This document shows, one piece after another, positions 39,316-50,339 of a stretch of 64,000 nt of DNA; position 1 is the stretch's first letter, and the number at the start of each line of letters is the position of its first letter. Origin of the DNA: Peptococcaceae bacterium UBA5757 (GTDB lineage Bacteria; Bacillota; Dehalobacteriia; UBA4068). The notes below the pieces were generated by a model. The model was given only the letters and a program-made list of their open reading frames with translations. It did not search any database and was not told the DNA's origin. The translations under genes and the position numbers were made by a program. Location: the NCBI GenBank assembly GCA_002418965.1, contig DIFD01000018.1, positions 289,834-353,833 on the forward strand, in the 5' to 3' direction.

Positions 39316-39349
39316 AAAAAAAAGTTCGGTATTAAACCGAACTTTTTTT
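39316..39349 (-). terminator. Terminator after rpsU
   Basis: AAAAAAAGTTCGGT-ATTAA-ACCGAACTTTTTTT. Confidence 0.8.
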
Positions 39350-39365
39350 GTTAATTATTAATTTA

Positions 39366-39542
39366 TTAATTCCATTTGCGCTTTCTGGCGGCCTCAGCTT
39401 TTTTCTTCCTTTTTACGCTGGGTTTTTCATAATGTTCGTGTTTGCGGATTTCCGCCATGACACCAGCTTTTTGACAGGTACGTTTAAAGCGTCTCAGCGC
39501 GCTGTCCAAAGACTCATTTTTTCCTACTCTAACTTCACTCAC
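39366..39542 (-). CDS. rpsU: 30S ribosomal protein S21 (58 aa; below the ORF-track cutoff)
   Basis: Manual translation from GTG 39542: [58 protein letters not shown]. Confidence 0.97.
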   Translation of the reverse strand: MSEVRVGKNESLDSALRRFKRTCQKAGVMAEIRKHEHYEKPSVKRKKKAEAARKRKWN

Positions 39543-39663
39543 GATCTATATCCCTCCCCCCGAAAAAAAAACAGAGTTTGTTTAAAAGCAAAGCAAGCTT
39601 TGCCTGTAAAAATCACTAATCCTGGTATTTTTACATTATAAAGCAAAAATGTTTTTCCGTCAA

Positions 39664-40011
39664 CTATTGTTTTACAAAAGGCCCCAAAAACACACCGCCC
39701 AACAAATGATAGTGCAGGTGAAAGACCTCTTGCCCGCTGTCGGGGCCGCAATTGCAAACCAGACGGAACCCTTTTTCCCCGATACCCCTCTCTTTGGCAA
39801 TTTGGGTTGCTAAATAATTGATTTTACCGATTAGAGTGATATCTTCTTTTGTAACCGCATCACTTCCGGAGATATGCTTTTTGGGGATCAGCAAGACATG
39901 TACGGGAGCCAGCGGGTGGATATCTTCAAACGCCAGAACTTCATCGTCTTCATATATAATTTTGGCGGGGATTTCTTTGTTTGCGATTTTGCAAAAAATA
40001 CAATCGGACAT
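39664..40011 (-). CDS. HIT family nucleotide-binding protein (HinT-like)
   Basis: MSDCIFCKI, AFEDIHPLAPVHVLLIPKKHI, GQEVFHLHYHLLGG histidine triad. Confidence 0.95.
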   Translation of the reverse strand: MSDCIFCKIANKEIPAKIIYEDDEVLAFEDIHPLAPVHVLLIPKKHISGSDAVTKEDITLIGKINYLATQIAKERGIGEKGFRLVCNCGPDSGQEVFHLHYHLLGGVFLGPFVKQ

Positions 40012-40073
40012 AAAAAACACTCCTTTATCTATTAACAAAAATAATTCCACAAAATTTAATTAATCCCTTTTTG

Positions 40074-41408
40074 TCAACGGATCAATTCTCCCAAAATACA
40101 ATCTTTTGATAAACTTTTTGCCAACACCTTGACCTCCTGACCGATCAGATGATCCGGTGCGAAGAACATGACCAGCAAATATTCATCACTGTGCCCTTGC
40201 AACATTTTTTTGCCCTGGTAATCCACGGCTTGTTCCGGCAATATAGTTAAGCTTTTATCCAAAAACGAGCTGGCATAAGCATCAGCCATCGAATTAGCTA
40301 AATCGGCCAGGCGCACCGCTCTATCGGCTTTTTGTTGCGGTAAAACCTGTCCCGAAAGCCCGGCCGCCACCGTGCCCTTCCTTTGTGAATAGGGGAAAAC
40401 ATGCATGTCGGCAAACGCCATTCGACGGCAAAAATCATAACTGGCTTGAAAATCTTCGTCAGTCTCCTGGGGATAACCGACCATGACATCAGTGGTAACA
40501 GCAATATTGGGCACGGCCTGGCGCAACCGATTAATTAAGTCTGCATAAAACCCCGTATCATAACGCCGACCCATATTTTTTAGGGTACGGTCGCAGCCGG
40601 ATTGCAAAGGAATATGCAGATGTGGGCAAATCTTTTTTTCTTCTCTTAAAAGTGCAATCAAATCTTCGTTGATTTGATGCGGTTCCAAGGAGCTAAAGCG
40701 CAAACGAACCAGGCCGTCCAACTTCACTAATTTTTGGGTCAGCGTAACCAGATTGGTATGATCCACATGCGGCAGATCCTGCCCGTACGCCCCGATATGA
40801 ATGCCGGTCAGCACAATCTCTTTATGCCCTGCTGCGATCAATTGTACTGCCTGCAAAACGGCCTGTTCCATAGGCAGGCTGCGCACCGGGCCACGGGCAT
40901 AGGGAACGATACAGTAATGGCAGAACTGGTCGCAACCATCCTCTATTTTTAAGTAAGCACGAACCCTATTTTGAGCGGAAACATCCGAGGATATGGGTAC
41001 AAAACGATCCGATTCTTGAATATCGGAAACAACTTTCCGTACCGAATTTTCCGCTTGTTTGCTCGTATTTTGCCACTGCTGCCTGACAAGTTGGGGCAAA
41101 ATAGCCCGCTCACCCACACCAGCAACCAGATCAACTTCCGTAAGCTTCAGCAATTCATCGGCTGAAACCTGGGCATAACAGCCGGTAACCACCACGAGCG
41201 CTTGTTCGTTACGGCGTCTAGCACGTCGGATCATAGCGCGCGATTTGCGGTCTGCCAAATGCGTTACCGTACAGGTGTTGATGACATAAACATCAGCTTC
41301 ATCCTCAAAATCCACCTGGCAAAAGCCGTCTTTTAGAAAGATGCCGGCCATAGCAGCCGCTTCCTCCTGATTGACTTTGCATCCCAATGTATAGATGGCA
41401 AAGCGCAA
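40074..41408 (-). CDS. mtaB: tRNA t6A37 methylthiotransferase MtaB
   Basis: TLGCKVNQ, INTCTVT, VTGCYAQ, KIEDGCDQFCHYC, PHLHIPLQSG, HVFPYSQRKGT; probable TTG start at 41408, 10 nt after the prmA stop. Confidence 0.94.
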   Translation of the reverse strand: MRFAIYTLGCKVNQEEAAAMAGIFLKDGFCQVDFEDEADVYVINTCTVTHLADRKSRAMIRRARRRNEQALVVVTGCYAQVSADELLKLTEVDLVAGVGERAILPQLVRQQWQNTSKQAENSVRKVVSDIQESDRFVPISSDVSAQNRVRAYLKIEDGCDQFCHYCIVPYARGPVRSLPMEQAVLQAVQLIAAGHKEIVLTGIHIGAYGQDLPHVDHTNLVTLTQKLVKLDGLVRLRFSSLEPHQINEDLIALLREEKKICPHLHIPLQSGCDRTLKNMGRRYDTGFYADLINRLRQAVPNIAVTTDVMVGYPQETDEDFQASYDFCRRMAFADMHVFPYSQRKGTVAAGLSGQVLPQQKADRAVRLADLANSMADAYASSFLDKSLTILPEQAVDYQGKKMLQGHSDEYLLVMFFAPDHLIGQEVKVLAKSLSKDCILGELIR

Positions 41409-41418
41409 ACCCTCTTCT

Positions 41419-42354
41419 TTATCTTTTGCAGGCAAAAGCATGCCACTCTCCCTGCCTTTCTTCATTTAAAATCACGAATTTGTGCGCTACCAAAGCCTGC
41501 CGCACCGCTTCCGCCCTAGCCTGGATAATCCCGGAGGCAATAAAGATACCGCCCTGAATCAGATTTACATCCAAGAGATTAAGTAAAGACAAAATCACAT
41601 CGGCGACGATATTAGCTACGATCACATCATACAAACCGGATAACCGTTCGGTCAAATCTCCTGACGAGACGGTAACTTGATCCGCTACACCATTTAAAAT
41701 AACATTTTGCTTAGCGGTACGGACGGCCATCTCATCACAATCCACAGCTGTAACGGACTTTGCGCCCAGTTTGGCCGAGGCAATGGCTAAGATGCCGCTG
41801 CCTGTCCCGATATCGGCCACACGCGCATCAGATGGCAGCCAAGCTTCTATAGCGCGGATGCACATCGTTGTCGTGGCATGTTCTCCGGTGCCGAAAGCCA
41901 GCCCCGGATCGATCGTGACTACGATCTCGCCTTCTTTTGGTTCATACGCTTCCCAGCTGGGGCAGATAACGGTTTTTGCGCCCACTTTTGTAGGATGAAA
42001 AAATTTTTTCCATTCGTTACGCCAATCCAGATCGGTCAACGGCTTGCCTACCAGCTCCTGCTGTGGCAAACGATGCAAAACAAGCAGGGAGGCAAAAGCC
42101 TCCCTGCTTGTTTCTATTTTTGTTTTTGCCGCCTGTCCCAACTCATCGTCGGAAAATACAGCGCTCATGACCAAAATACGGTCTTTCTGTGCTTGCGGCT
42201 TAACCCCTTGAGAAAGCTCTTCCCACTGGCGCCTTTGTAAAGCATACGGATCCTCTAAAAATATGCCTTCACAACCTGCAAGCCAGAATACCGCACTGGC
42301 AGCTTCTTCTAAATAGGCCGGTATCATAGCTGTCGCTTGCATATATTTTATCAA
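41419..42354 (-). CDS. prmA: Ribosomal protein L11 methyltransferase PrmA
   Basis: DWRNEWKKFFHP, IDPGLAFGTGEHATT, DIGTGSGILAI, VANIVADVI, SGII. Confidence 0.96.
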   Translation of the reverse strand: MIKYMQATAMIPAYLEEAASAVFWLAGCEGIFLEDPYALQRRQWEELSQGVKPQAQKDRILVMSAVFSDDELGQAAKTKIETSREAFASLLVLHRLPQQELVGKPLTDLDWRNEWKKFFHPTKVGAKTVICPSWEAYEPKEGEIVVTIDPGLAFGTGEHATTTMCIRAIEAWLPSDARVADIGTGSGILAIASAKLGAKSVTAVDCDEMAVRTAKQNVILNGVADQVTVSSGDLTERLSGLYDVIVANIVADVILSLLNLLDVNLIQGGIFIASGIIQARAEAVRQALVAHKFVILNEERQGEWHAFACKR

Positions 42355-42372
42355 CGTTTTTTTTCATCCCCA

Positions 42373-43497
42373 CTATTTAAAAACTTTATTAAAAAAACCC
42401 TTTTTTTCTTCCTGGGGAACAGACAAAGAATGGTCCAACTGCGCCAAAATCTGTTTTTGTTCTTCCGTCAAACGGGTGGGCACGACCACCTTGACCGTGA
42501 CCTTCTGGTCTCCTTTTCCCCTACCGCGGAGCTTAGGAAAACCCCGTCCTCGCATACGGAACGTAGTTCCGGATTGCGTACCTTCCGGTATGGTTAATTT
42601 TGCGTCACCCTCTAAAGTAGGAACCTCCACTTCACAGCCCAACGCGGCTTTGGTAATACTGATGGAAAGTTCATACAAAACATCGTCTTCCTGACGTTTA
42701 AAAAATTTATGTGGCAAAACGCTGATATAAATGTACAAATCTCCCGGGGGGCCGCCTTTGTGACCGCTTTCTCCCTCTCCCGACATACGCAGCCGGGATC
42801 CGGTTTCTACCCCCGCAGGGATATTGACTTTAAGGGTACGCTCACGTCTAACACGGCCGCTTCCTGAACAGGTTGGGCAGGGTCTTTCTACAATAGTACC
42901 TTCCCCTTTACAGGTGTTACAGGTACGAACTGTCTGGAATTGGCCGAAAGGCGTGTTCTGCGCCATCCTCACCTTGCCGCTGCCTCCGCATGTGGGACAA
43001 CGTTTGGCCTGCGTTCCGGGCGCTGCGCCGCTGCCGTTACAGGAGGTACAGTTTTCCATCCGGACAATTTTAATCTCGCGTTCCAGCCCTTTAGCGGCTT
43101 CTTCAAAGGCGATGGAAATATCCACCCTTAAATCAGAACCGCGCGCCGGGCCGGTAGGATTTGCCGCTGTTTGTCCGCCAAATCCACCGCCGAAAAAGCT
43201 CTCAAAAATATCTCCGAAACCGCCGAACTGCCCGGCGTCAAAACCACCGCCACCGCCGCCGAATCCACCTGAGCCGGGATCGTTATGACCAAATTGGTCA
43301 TAACGGGCCCGCATGTTCTCGTCACTTAAAGTCTCATAAGCTTCGTTGACTTCTTTGAACTTATCTTCCGCGGTTTTGCTGTCCGGGTTAAGATCGGGAT
43401 GATACTGTTTTGCCAGTTTTTTATATGCTTTTTTTATTTCGTCGAGGGTAGCGGTTTTGGGTACGCCTAAAACCTCATAATAATCCCTTTTTGCCAT
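42373..43497 (-). CDS. dnaJ: Chaperone DnaJ
   Basis: J domain with HPD, G/F-rich linker, four CxxCxGxG repeats. Confidence 0.98.
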   Translation of the reverse strand: MAKRDYYEVLGVPKTATLDEIKKAYKKLAKQYHPDLNPDSKTAEDKFKEVNEAYETLSDENMRARYDQFGHNDPGSGGFGGGGGGFDAGQFGGFGDIFESFFGGGFGGQTAANPTGPARGSDLRVDISIAFEEAAKGLEREIKIVRMENCTSCNGSGAAPGTQAKRCPTCGGSGKVRMAQNTPFGQFQTVRTCNTCKGEGTIVERPCPTCSGSGRVRRERTLKVNIPAGVETGSRLRMSGEGESGHKGGPPGDLYIYISVLPHKFFKRQEDDVLYELSISITKAALGCEVEVPTLEGDAKLTIPEGTQSGTTFRMRGRGFPKLRGRGKGDQKVTVKVVVPTRLTEEQKQILAQLDHSLSVPQEEKKGFFNKVFK

Positions 43498-43521
43498 GGG
43501 TTTAATGATCCCCCGTCATCC

Positions 43522-45357
43522 TTATTTGTTCTTATCGTCGTCCACCGTATAGTCGGCATCCACTGTATTGTCGTCTTGTTTGGGCGGTTCCTGTCCCGGT
43601 TCACCCTGTGCACCTGCCGCTGCGCCTGCTTCACGGTATATACGTTCGCTGAGTTTATAGACAGCCTCGGAAAGTGCCGTCGTTTTGGCTTCGATCTCAT
43701 CCGTGTCATCTCCTGACAAAGCGGAAACAAGATCGGCTTTGGCCTTTTCGATGCTTTCTTTTTCATCCGGTTGTACCTTATCGCCGAAATCTTTCAATGT
43801 TTTATCGATCTGATAAATCAGAGAATCAGCCTGATTACGGACTTCTACAGCTTTTTTACGCTTTTCGTCTTCTTCTTTATATTTGTCGGCATCCGCCATC
43901 ATGCGGTCAATTTCACTATCGTCAAGACCGCTGGATGCCGTAATGGTAACGCTCTGTTGTTTACCCGTGCCTAAATCTTTGGCGCTGACATGCACGATGC
44001 CATTGGCGTCGATGTCAAAACGAACTTCGATCTGAGGAATACCACGCGGAGCCGGAGCGATGCCGGTCAGGTTAAAACGTCCCAACGTTTTGTTGTCGGC
44101 AGCCATCTGGCGTTCCCCTTGCAGCACATGAATCTCAACGGAAGGCTGATTGTCAGAAGCCGTAGAAAAGATCTGTTGTTTAGCCATGGGGATCGTCGTG
44201 TTACGGTCGATAATGCGTGTGAAAACGCCGCCCATGGTTTCGATACCCAAAGAAAGGGGCGTTACGTCCAAGAGCAGAACGTCTTTGACTTCCTTGTTCA
44301 AGATTCCACCCTGGATGGCTGCGCCCAAAGCAACACATTCATCCGGGTTTATGCCCTTGTGAGGATCTTTGCCCAAGAGCTTTTTAACCGCTTCCTGAAC
44401 AGCTGGAATACGTGTCGAACCGCCGACCAGGAGTACTTTGTCGATTTTGTCCGCGGCAAGACCGGAATCGTTTAAAGCCTGCCGCGTTGGTGCGATTGTT
44501 TTTTCTACCAGATCTGCAGTCAATTCATCAAATTTGGCACGCGTCAGACTGATATCCAAATGTTTGGGTCCGTCGGACGTTGCCGTGATGAAAGGCAGGT
44601 TGATATTGGTGGTTAACATGCCGGAAAGCTCGATTTTAGCTTTTTCGGCCCCTTCACGCAAACGCTGCATGGCCATTTTATCTTTGGATAGATCCACGCC
44701 TTCGGTTTTTTTGAATTCCGCAAACAGATATTCGACCACTCTTTGGTCAAAATCATCGCCGCCGAGGAAGTTGTTGCCGGAAGTAGCCTTGACCTGGAAA
44801 ACACCGTCATCCAATTCCAAAATGGACACGTCAAAAGTACCGCCACCCAAGTCAAAGACCAAAACGGTCTGTGCCTGTGCTTTATCAAGGCCATAAGCCA
44901 AAGCAGCGGCGGTCGGTTCATTGATGATTCGCAAGACTTCCAGTCCTGCGATCTTACCGGCATCTTTTGTAGCCTGTCTTTGGCTGTCGGAAAAATAAGC
45001 CGGAACGGTAATCACAGCTTGAGTAACCGTTTCACCCAAATAGGCTTCAGCGTCCGATTTTAATTTTTGCAGGATAAATGCAGAAATTTCCTGTGGTGTA
45101 TAAACTTTATTGTCAATTTTTACTTCAAATTTTTTGCCCATCTGTCTTTTAATGGACTGTACCGTGCGGTCCGAATTGGTTACGGCCTGACGTTTCGCGA
45201 CCTGCCCTACCATACGTTCACCATTGGCATTAAATGCAACAACGGATGGTGTTGTGCGTGCCCCTTCCGGATTTGGAATGACGATGGCTTCCCCACCTTC
45301 CATAACTGCAACGCAAGAGTTTGTTGTACCTAAGTCAATACCGATTACTTTACCCAT
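43522..45357 (-). CDS. dnaK: Chaperone DnaK
   Basis: [44 protein letters not shown]. Confidence 0.99.
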   Translation of the reverse strand: MGKVIGIDLGTTNSCVAVMEGGEAIVIPNPEGARTTPSVVAFNANGERMVGQVAKRQAVTNSDRTVQSIKRQMGKKFEVKIDNKVYTPQEISAFILQKLKSDAEAYLGETVTQAVITVPAYFSDSQRQATKDAGKIAGLEVLRIINEPTAAALAYGLDKAQAQTVLVFDLGGGTFDVSILELDDGVFQVKATSGNNFLGGDDFDQRVVEYLFAEFKKTEGVDLSKDKMAMQRLREGAEKAKIELSGMLTTNINLPFITATSDGPKHLDISLTRAKFDELTADLVEKTIAPTRQALNDSGLAADKIDKVLLVGGSTRIPAVQEAVKKLLGKDPHKGINPDECVALGAAIQGGILNKEVKDVLLLDVTPLSLGIETMGGVFTRIIDRNTTIPMAKQQIFSTASDNQPSVEIHVLQGERQMAADNKTLGRFNLTGIAPAPRGIPQIEVRFDIDANGIVHVSAKDLGTGKQQSVTITASSGLDDSEIDRMMADADKYKEEDEKRKKAVEVRNQADSLIYQIDKTLKDFGDKVQPDEKESIEKAKADLVSALSGDDTDEIEAKTTALSEAVYKLSERIYREAGAAAGAQGEPGQEPPKQDDNTVDADYTVDDDKNK

Positions 45358-45435
45358 ACTTAAATCCTCCTATAAAGAACTTATTCTATTTTATTTGTTA
45401 CAAATATTCTTTTATACTTTTTGATCTGATACCCA

Positions 45436-46092
45436 CTAAATACCGACTTTTACCATTGCCGGACGCAGGAGCTTTTCATTGAGCAGATACCCCTTTAGGA
45501 CGACGACAATCACCTTGTTTTGATTCTCTTTTCCTGCTGCCTCCTGCCATACTGCCTCATGTAGCTCAGGGTTAAAGTCAGCTCCCAAAGCCTCCATTTC
45601 TGTGACGCCGCATGTAGCTAAGATGGCTACGATCTGGCGGTAGACTAAGTCAACCCCTTTTGTAAACCCGTCGTCGTTTGGGGCAATCGCAAGCGCCCGC
45701 TCCAGATTATCCACCACAGGTAGTATCTTTAGGATTAGGTCGGCAGAAGCCGTTTGCTTTAGATCTTCTGCGGCCTCACGGTTACGGCGGCGAAAGTTAT
45801 CAAAATCGGCTAACAAACGGTCATATTGCTGAGTGCTTTCTTCTTTTTGCTTTTCCCACACGGCTTGGGCATTTTTGAGGTTTTGATTTTCTTTATCCAG
45901 CTCTTCTTTTTCTTTGACCAACTTTGCCACAGAAGCAATGAATTCCGCAAACTGTTCTTGGGTCATTTCCTCCGGCAAAAAATCCTCTTGCGGATTGATC
46001 GAATCACCCGTATTTTTGACTTGATCTTCTTGCTTTTGGTCGACGGGAGGTTCAAAGCTGTTGTTTTTTTGCGATTTTTGGTTTTTTGTCAT
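45436..46092 (-). CDS. grpE: Nucleotide exchange factor GrpE
   Basis: ADFDNFRRR, LPVVDNLERAL, FNPELHEAV, KGYLLNEKLLRPAMVKV. Confidence 0.97.
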   Translation of the reverse strand: MTKNQKSQKNNSFEPPVDQKQEDQVKNTGDSINPQEDFLPEEMTQEQFAEFIASVAKLVKEKEELDKENQNLKNAQAVWEKQKEESTQQYDRLLADFDNFRRRNREAAEDLKQTASADLILKILPVVDNLERALAIAPNDDGFTKGVDLVYRQIVAILATCGVTEMEALGADFNPELHEAVWQEAAGKENQNKVIVVVLKGYLLNEKLLRPAMVKVGI

Positions 46093-46168
46093 TTTTTCAC
46101 CTCTATCATGATGATAAAAATCATATTCTCTTGTGAAAATATTATTCTCGCGAAACGGATAATTAAGG

Positions 46169-47191
46169 CTATTTTCTACCGAAAAGATCCGTTAATTCGC
46201 TGGTTATAAATTCCATCAAGGGGATAGTCTTGGGATACAGCATACGCGTGGGCCCCAAAACTCCGATGGTCGCCGTCATGCCTCCCAACACCTGATAAGA
46301 AGAAACAACAATACTGCAATCTTTCATCTTACCGCCGGGTAGCTCCTGTCCAATGGCAACACTGGTACCACGCTGACGTGTTTTTTGCATGAGCAACTGT
46401 TTGATCTTATCATCTTCTTCTAAAAGCCCAAAGATATTTTTTAATTTATCGATATCCCTAAATTCGGGTTGCGAGAGCATATTTAAGGCGCCGCCAGTAA
46501 AGACACGCTCATCTTCCTGGGGAGAAAGAGCCTGATCCATCAATTCCAGCACTTGTTCCACGAGCTGCTTTTGACGGCTCATCAGGTTGGATACTTCCCG
46601 TAGCAAAGTCACATTCAATTCCTTCATTTCTTTGCCGCCGAGCTTTTGCTGTAAAAGATCTTCCAGTATTTTTAAGCTTTTAGCGTCAACAGAAACAGGT
46701 AGCTGCAATAGTCTGGAAGATACCAATCCGGAAGTAGTCAGAATCGTCAATAAAACCTGATTATCGTTTAAGGGAATAAAGGTGATCTTCTCTAATTTGC
46801 CTTTGCCAACCTGCGGCATGATCATCATTACCGTATAATTGGTCAGCTGGGAAATAAATTGACAGCATTGACGCATAAAGGTGTCGACTTCATTAAGCCT
46901 GCGGGAAAGGTTCAAATGGATCAAATTAATCTCCTCGTCGGTCAATACTTCCCGTTCCATGAGATGATCCACAAAATACCGATATCCTCTGTCTGAAGGA
47001 ATCCTTCCGGCCGAAGTATGCGGCTGTTCTAAGTACCCCAATTCTTCCAGATCCGACATTTCATTGCGGATTGTGGCAGGAGATACCCCTAACGCATATT
47101 TTTTGGCTACGGCACGGGAACCTACAGGTTCTGCTGTAGCGATATAATCCTTGATAATCGCATTTAAAACTTGCCTTTTACGCTCATCCAT
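46169..47191 (-). CDS. hrcA: Heat-inducible transcription repressor HrcA
   Basis: MDERKRQVL, EPVGSR, SPATIRNEMSDLE.LGYL.QPHTSAGRIPSDRGYR, GVLGPTRM; AGGAGG RBS. Confidence 0.97.
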   Translation of the reverse strand: MDERKRQVLNAIIKDYIATAEPVGSRAVAKKYALGVSPATIRNEMSDLEELGYLEQPHTSAGRIPSDRGYRYFVDHLMEREVLTDEEINLIHLNLSRRLNEVDTFMRQCCQFISQLTNYTVMMIMPQVGKGKLEKITFIPLNDNQVLLTILTTSGLVSSRLLQLPVSVDAKSLKILEDLLQQKLGGKEMKELNVTLLREVSNLMSRQKQLVEQVLELMDQALSPQEDERVFTGGALNMLSQPEFRDIDKLKNIFGLLEEDDKIKQLLMQKTRQRGTSVAIGQELPGGKMKDCSIVVSSYQVLGGMTATIGVLGPTRMLYPKTIPLMEFITSELTDLFGRK

Positions 47192-47211
47192 AGGTGTTTC
47201 CTCCTGTATTA

Positions 47212-47238
47212 ATAGCACTCTCCTTCAGTGAGTGCTAA
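47212..47238. promoter_or_regulatory. CIRCE operator (HrcA binding site)
   Basis: ATAGCACTC-N9-GAGTGCTAA, one mismatch to TTAGCACTC-N9-GAGTGCTAA. Confidence 0.95.
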
Positions 47239-47242
47239 AAAA

Positions 47243-47271
47243 AGAATACACCGTTTTCCGTTTTTTGTCAA
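47243..47271 (-). promoter_or_regulatory. SigA-type promoter of the hrcA-grpE-dnaK-dnaJ operon
   Basis: TTGACA-N17-TATTCT directly upstream of CIRCE. Confidence 0.75.
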
Positions 47272-47341
47272 TAGATTGGCATTTAGTTTTCTGTGACAAT
47301 AGCACAAATCACAACCGAATACTTGTTTTTAAAGACAACCA

Positions 47342-48496
47342 TTATACAAAATCCACAAAAACTTCATTCGCTAAAGGAATTCCTTTTTCTGTTAATGATA
47401 AAGTTTCGTCTGCTTCTTGCAGCAATCCTCTTTTAATATTCTGGGTAATGGCATCAAAAAAATACTGCTCCAGATCGCATTGATAGCGCGCGTTCCACTC
47501 CTTAATTGCGATACCCCGCATCATCCTCAACCCCAAAAAAACAGACTCCGAAAGCACCTGCTCTTCTGTCAGATGTTCTTCTTGGGCAATCGTGGAGATC
47601 CCATTGCAAACTGCGTTTTCATAATCCTTGAGGGTGTCAAAATTACGCCAGCGAACGTTCCCATAACAGCTCGACGCATTGACGCCGATACCCAAATAAT
47701 AGCAACGCTGCCAATAAGCGCAGTTGTGACGGGAATGATAACCCTGTTTGGCATAATTGGCAATCTCATAATGCACATATCCGTTATCCTGGAAAAATTG
47801 AGAGGCAAATTGCTGCATATCGGCACAAAGATCCTCATCGGGCAAGATAAGCCTTCCGTGCTCATGGGCTATCCCCCAAACGGTCTCTGCACTCAGCGTA
47901 AGCCCATAAAGAGAAATATGCTGGCAATCGAGCGCAACAGCGGTTTGCAACTGATCGTGCCAGTTTTGCATATCTTGCTCAGGTAAGCTATAGATCAGAT
48001 CCAGGCTGATATTGTCAAAACCCGCCTCTTTGGCCAAAGCCACGGTCTTTTTGCCATCCCCTGCCGTATGTCTGCGCCCCATCTGTTCCAGCATCGGGTC
48101 GCTAAAGCTCTGCACCCCGATGGATATACGGTTGAATCCGGCTTGACGCAATAAAGTTAGCTTCTCCAAATCCACAGTAGCCGGATTAACTTCGATGGTA
48201 ATTTCTTCAATCCTTTGAGCCTGCGGATCATTGGCCAACGCTAAAACAAAGCGCAAAAAAACGGCCAGATCCTCGGCCGCGAGCAAACTGGGCGTGCCTC
48301 CGCCAAAATAAATTGTGGAAAGGCCACCCAGCAAATCTTTTTTTTTCTCTGTTCTAAGCAAAAGCTCTTTTTTTAATAGTTTTAAATACTCGCCAAAACG
48401 TTTATCCTGCAAATCAGCAGGAAAAGAAATGAAGTCGCAGTAATTGCACTTGGACAAACAAAACGGAATATGAACGTAAAGCGATGTAAAAGACAA
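47342..48496 (-). CDS. hemW: Radical SAM heme chaperone HemW (HemN-like)
   Basis: LYVHIPFCLSKCNYCDF, YFGGGTPS, NRISIGVQSF, DLIYSLP, YEIANYA; between lepA and hrcA. Confidence 0.92.
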   Translation of the reverse strand: MSFTSLYVHIPFCLSKCNYCDFISFPADLQDKRFGEYLKLLKKELLLRTEKKKDLLGGLSTIYFGGGTPSLLAAEDLAVFLRFVLALANDPQAQRIEEITIEVNPATVDLEKLTLLRQAGFNRISIGVQSFSDPMLEQMGRRHTAGDGKKTVALAKEAGFDNISLDLIYSLPEQDMQNWHDQLQTAVALDCQHISLYGLTLSAETVWGIAHEHGRLILPDEDLCADMQQFASQFFQDNGYVHYEIANYAKQGYHSRHNCAYWQRCYYLGIGVNASSCYGNVRWRNFDTLKDYENAVCNGISTIAQEEHLTEEQVLSESVFLGLRMMRGIAIKEWNARYQCDLEQYFFDAITQNIKRGLLQEADETLSLTEKGIPLANEVFVDFV

Positions 48497-48507
48497 GGTT
48501 TGACCTC

Positions 48508-50316
48508 CTAATCGATTTCCAGTACCGCCATAAAGGCTTCCTGTGGGATTTCTACGCTTCCTACCTGCTTCATCCTCTTTTTACCTTCTTTTTGCTTTTC
48601 TAAGAGTTTTCTTTTACGTGAGATATCGCCGCCGTAACATTTTTCAATCACGTTTTTGCGCAAAGCTTTAACAGATTCGCGCGCGATTACCCTACTGCCG
48701 ATCGTGGCCTGAATGGGAACCTCAAACAACTGCCGCGGGATCAGGCTCCTCAATTTGGTGACCAAGGCCTTGCCCCGGTGATAGGCTTTATCTTTATGCA
48801 CGATGCAGGAAAGCGCATCCACGATCGCATCATTAACCAAAATATCCAGTTTGACCAATTCGGCCTTTTGATAGCCGGCCAACTCATAATCCAATGATGC
48901 GTAGCCCTTGGTACGGGATTTAAGCTGATCGAAAAAATCATAGATGATCTCGGACAGAGGCAGATCATATAACATCATGACACGTGTCGGCGTGATATAT
49001 TCCATATTGATAAAGACGCCGCGGCGCTCCTGGGTCAGCTCCATAATACTGCCGATGAATTCACTGGGCACCATGATGGTGGCCTTGACATATGGTTCCT
49101 CCACAAAAGCAAGCGTATTGGCTTCCGGCAGATTAACAGGATTGTCCACGGTCACCACTTCCCCATTGGTTTTGCTGGCACGGTAACTGACGCTGGGCGC
49201 CGTGATCAAAAGATCGAGGTTATACTCGCGCTCCAGCCGCTCTTTGATGATCTCCATATGCAAAAGCCCCAAAAACCCGCAGCGAAAGCCAAAACCCAAA
49301 GCTACGGAAGTTTCCGGTTCAAAAATCAGGGAAGCGTCATTCAATTGTAATTTTTCCAAAGCGTCCTTTAAATCACCGTAGGCATTGTTTTCCACCGGAT
49401 AAAGACCGCAAAAAACCATGGAGGTGGCTTTACGGTAACCGGGCAAAGGATATGGCGTGGGATTAGCCGCGTCCGTCACCGTATCGCCGACCCTAGTGTC
49501 GGCCACATTTTTGATGCTGGCAGCAAGATAGCCCACTTCTCCGGCGCTGAGCTTATCAACGGTTTTTGGAGCCGGCGTAAACACACCCACATCCGTTACT
49601 TCCGCCGTTTTGCCCGTATTCATCATGCGAACCTTCATGCCGGGCTTCAACTGCCCGTCCATAACGCGCACATAGGGAATAGCGCCTTTATAGCTATCAA
49701 ATTTGGAATCAAAAATCAAGGCGGAGAGAGGCGCGTCCACAAGACCGCTGGGCGGCTTAACTTTTTTGACGATGGCCTCCAAAATCTCCTGTGTACCCTG
49801 TCCCGTTTTGGCCGAGGCCAAAATAGCGTCCGATGCGTCCAGGCCGATCACATCTTCGATTTGCTTTTTAACGCCTTCCGGGTCGGCGCTGGGCAGGTCG
49901 ATCTTATTGATGACGGGTATGATCTCCAGATCATGTTCCAAAGCCAAATATACGTTGGCTAAGGTCTGTGCCTCGATACCCTGCGCTGCGTCTATGACCA
50001 ATAAAGCGCCTTCACAGGCAGCCAGACTGCGGGAAACCTCATAATTAAAATCGACATGTCCGGGCGTATCAATGAGATTGAGTATATAGGTATTGCCATC
50101 CAGTGCCGTGTAATTCAAGCGTACAACCTGTAATTTGATGGTGATGCCACGTTCTCGTTCCAGATCCATCTGATCCAATACTTGATCGGACATTTCCCGG
50201 TCAGACAAAGCGCCCGTATATTCCAAGATACGGTCAGCCAATGTAGATTTACCGTGGTCAATATGGGCAATGATGCAAAAGTTACGCACCAGATTGGTTT
50301 GGAATTCGTTTGCCAT
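48508..50316 (-). CDS. lepA: Translation elongation factor 4 LepA
   Basis: [63 protein letters not shown]. Confidence 0.99.
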   Translation of the reverse strand: MANEFQTNLVRNFCIIAHIDHGKSTLADRILEYTGALSDREMSDQVLDQMDLERERGITIKLQVVRLNYTALDGNTYILNLIDTPGHVDFNYEVSRSLAACEGALLVIDAAQGIEAQTLANVYLALEHDLEIIPVINKIDLPSADPEGVKKQIEDVIGLDASDAILASAKTGQGTQEILEAIVKKVKPPSGLVDAPLSALIFDSKFDSYKGAIPYVRVMDGQLKPGMKVRMMNTGKTAEVTDVGVFTPAPKTVDKLSAGEVGYLAASIKNVADTRVGDTVTDAANPTPYPLPGYRKATSMVFCGLYPVENNAYGDLKDALEKLQLNDASLIFEPETSVALGFGFRCGFLGLLHMEIIKERLEREYNLDLLITAPSVSYRASKTNGEVVTVDNPVNLPEANTLAFVEEPYVKATIMVPSEFIGSIMELTQERRGVFINMEYITPTRVMMLYDLPLSEIIYDFFDQLKSRTKGYASLDYELAGYQKAELVKLDILVNDAIVDALSCIVHKDKAYHRGKALVTKLRSLIPRQLFEVPIQATIGSRVIARESVKALRKNVIEKCYGGDISRKRKLLEKQKEGKKRMKQVGSVEIPQEAFMAVLEID

Positions 50317-50339
50317 TTATCTTCCTCCTGATATTAGAG

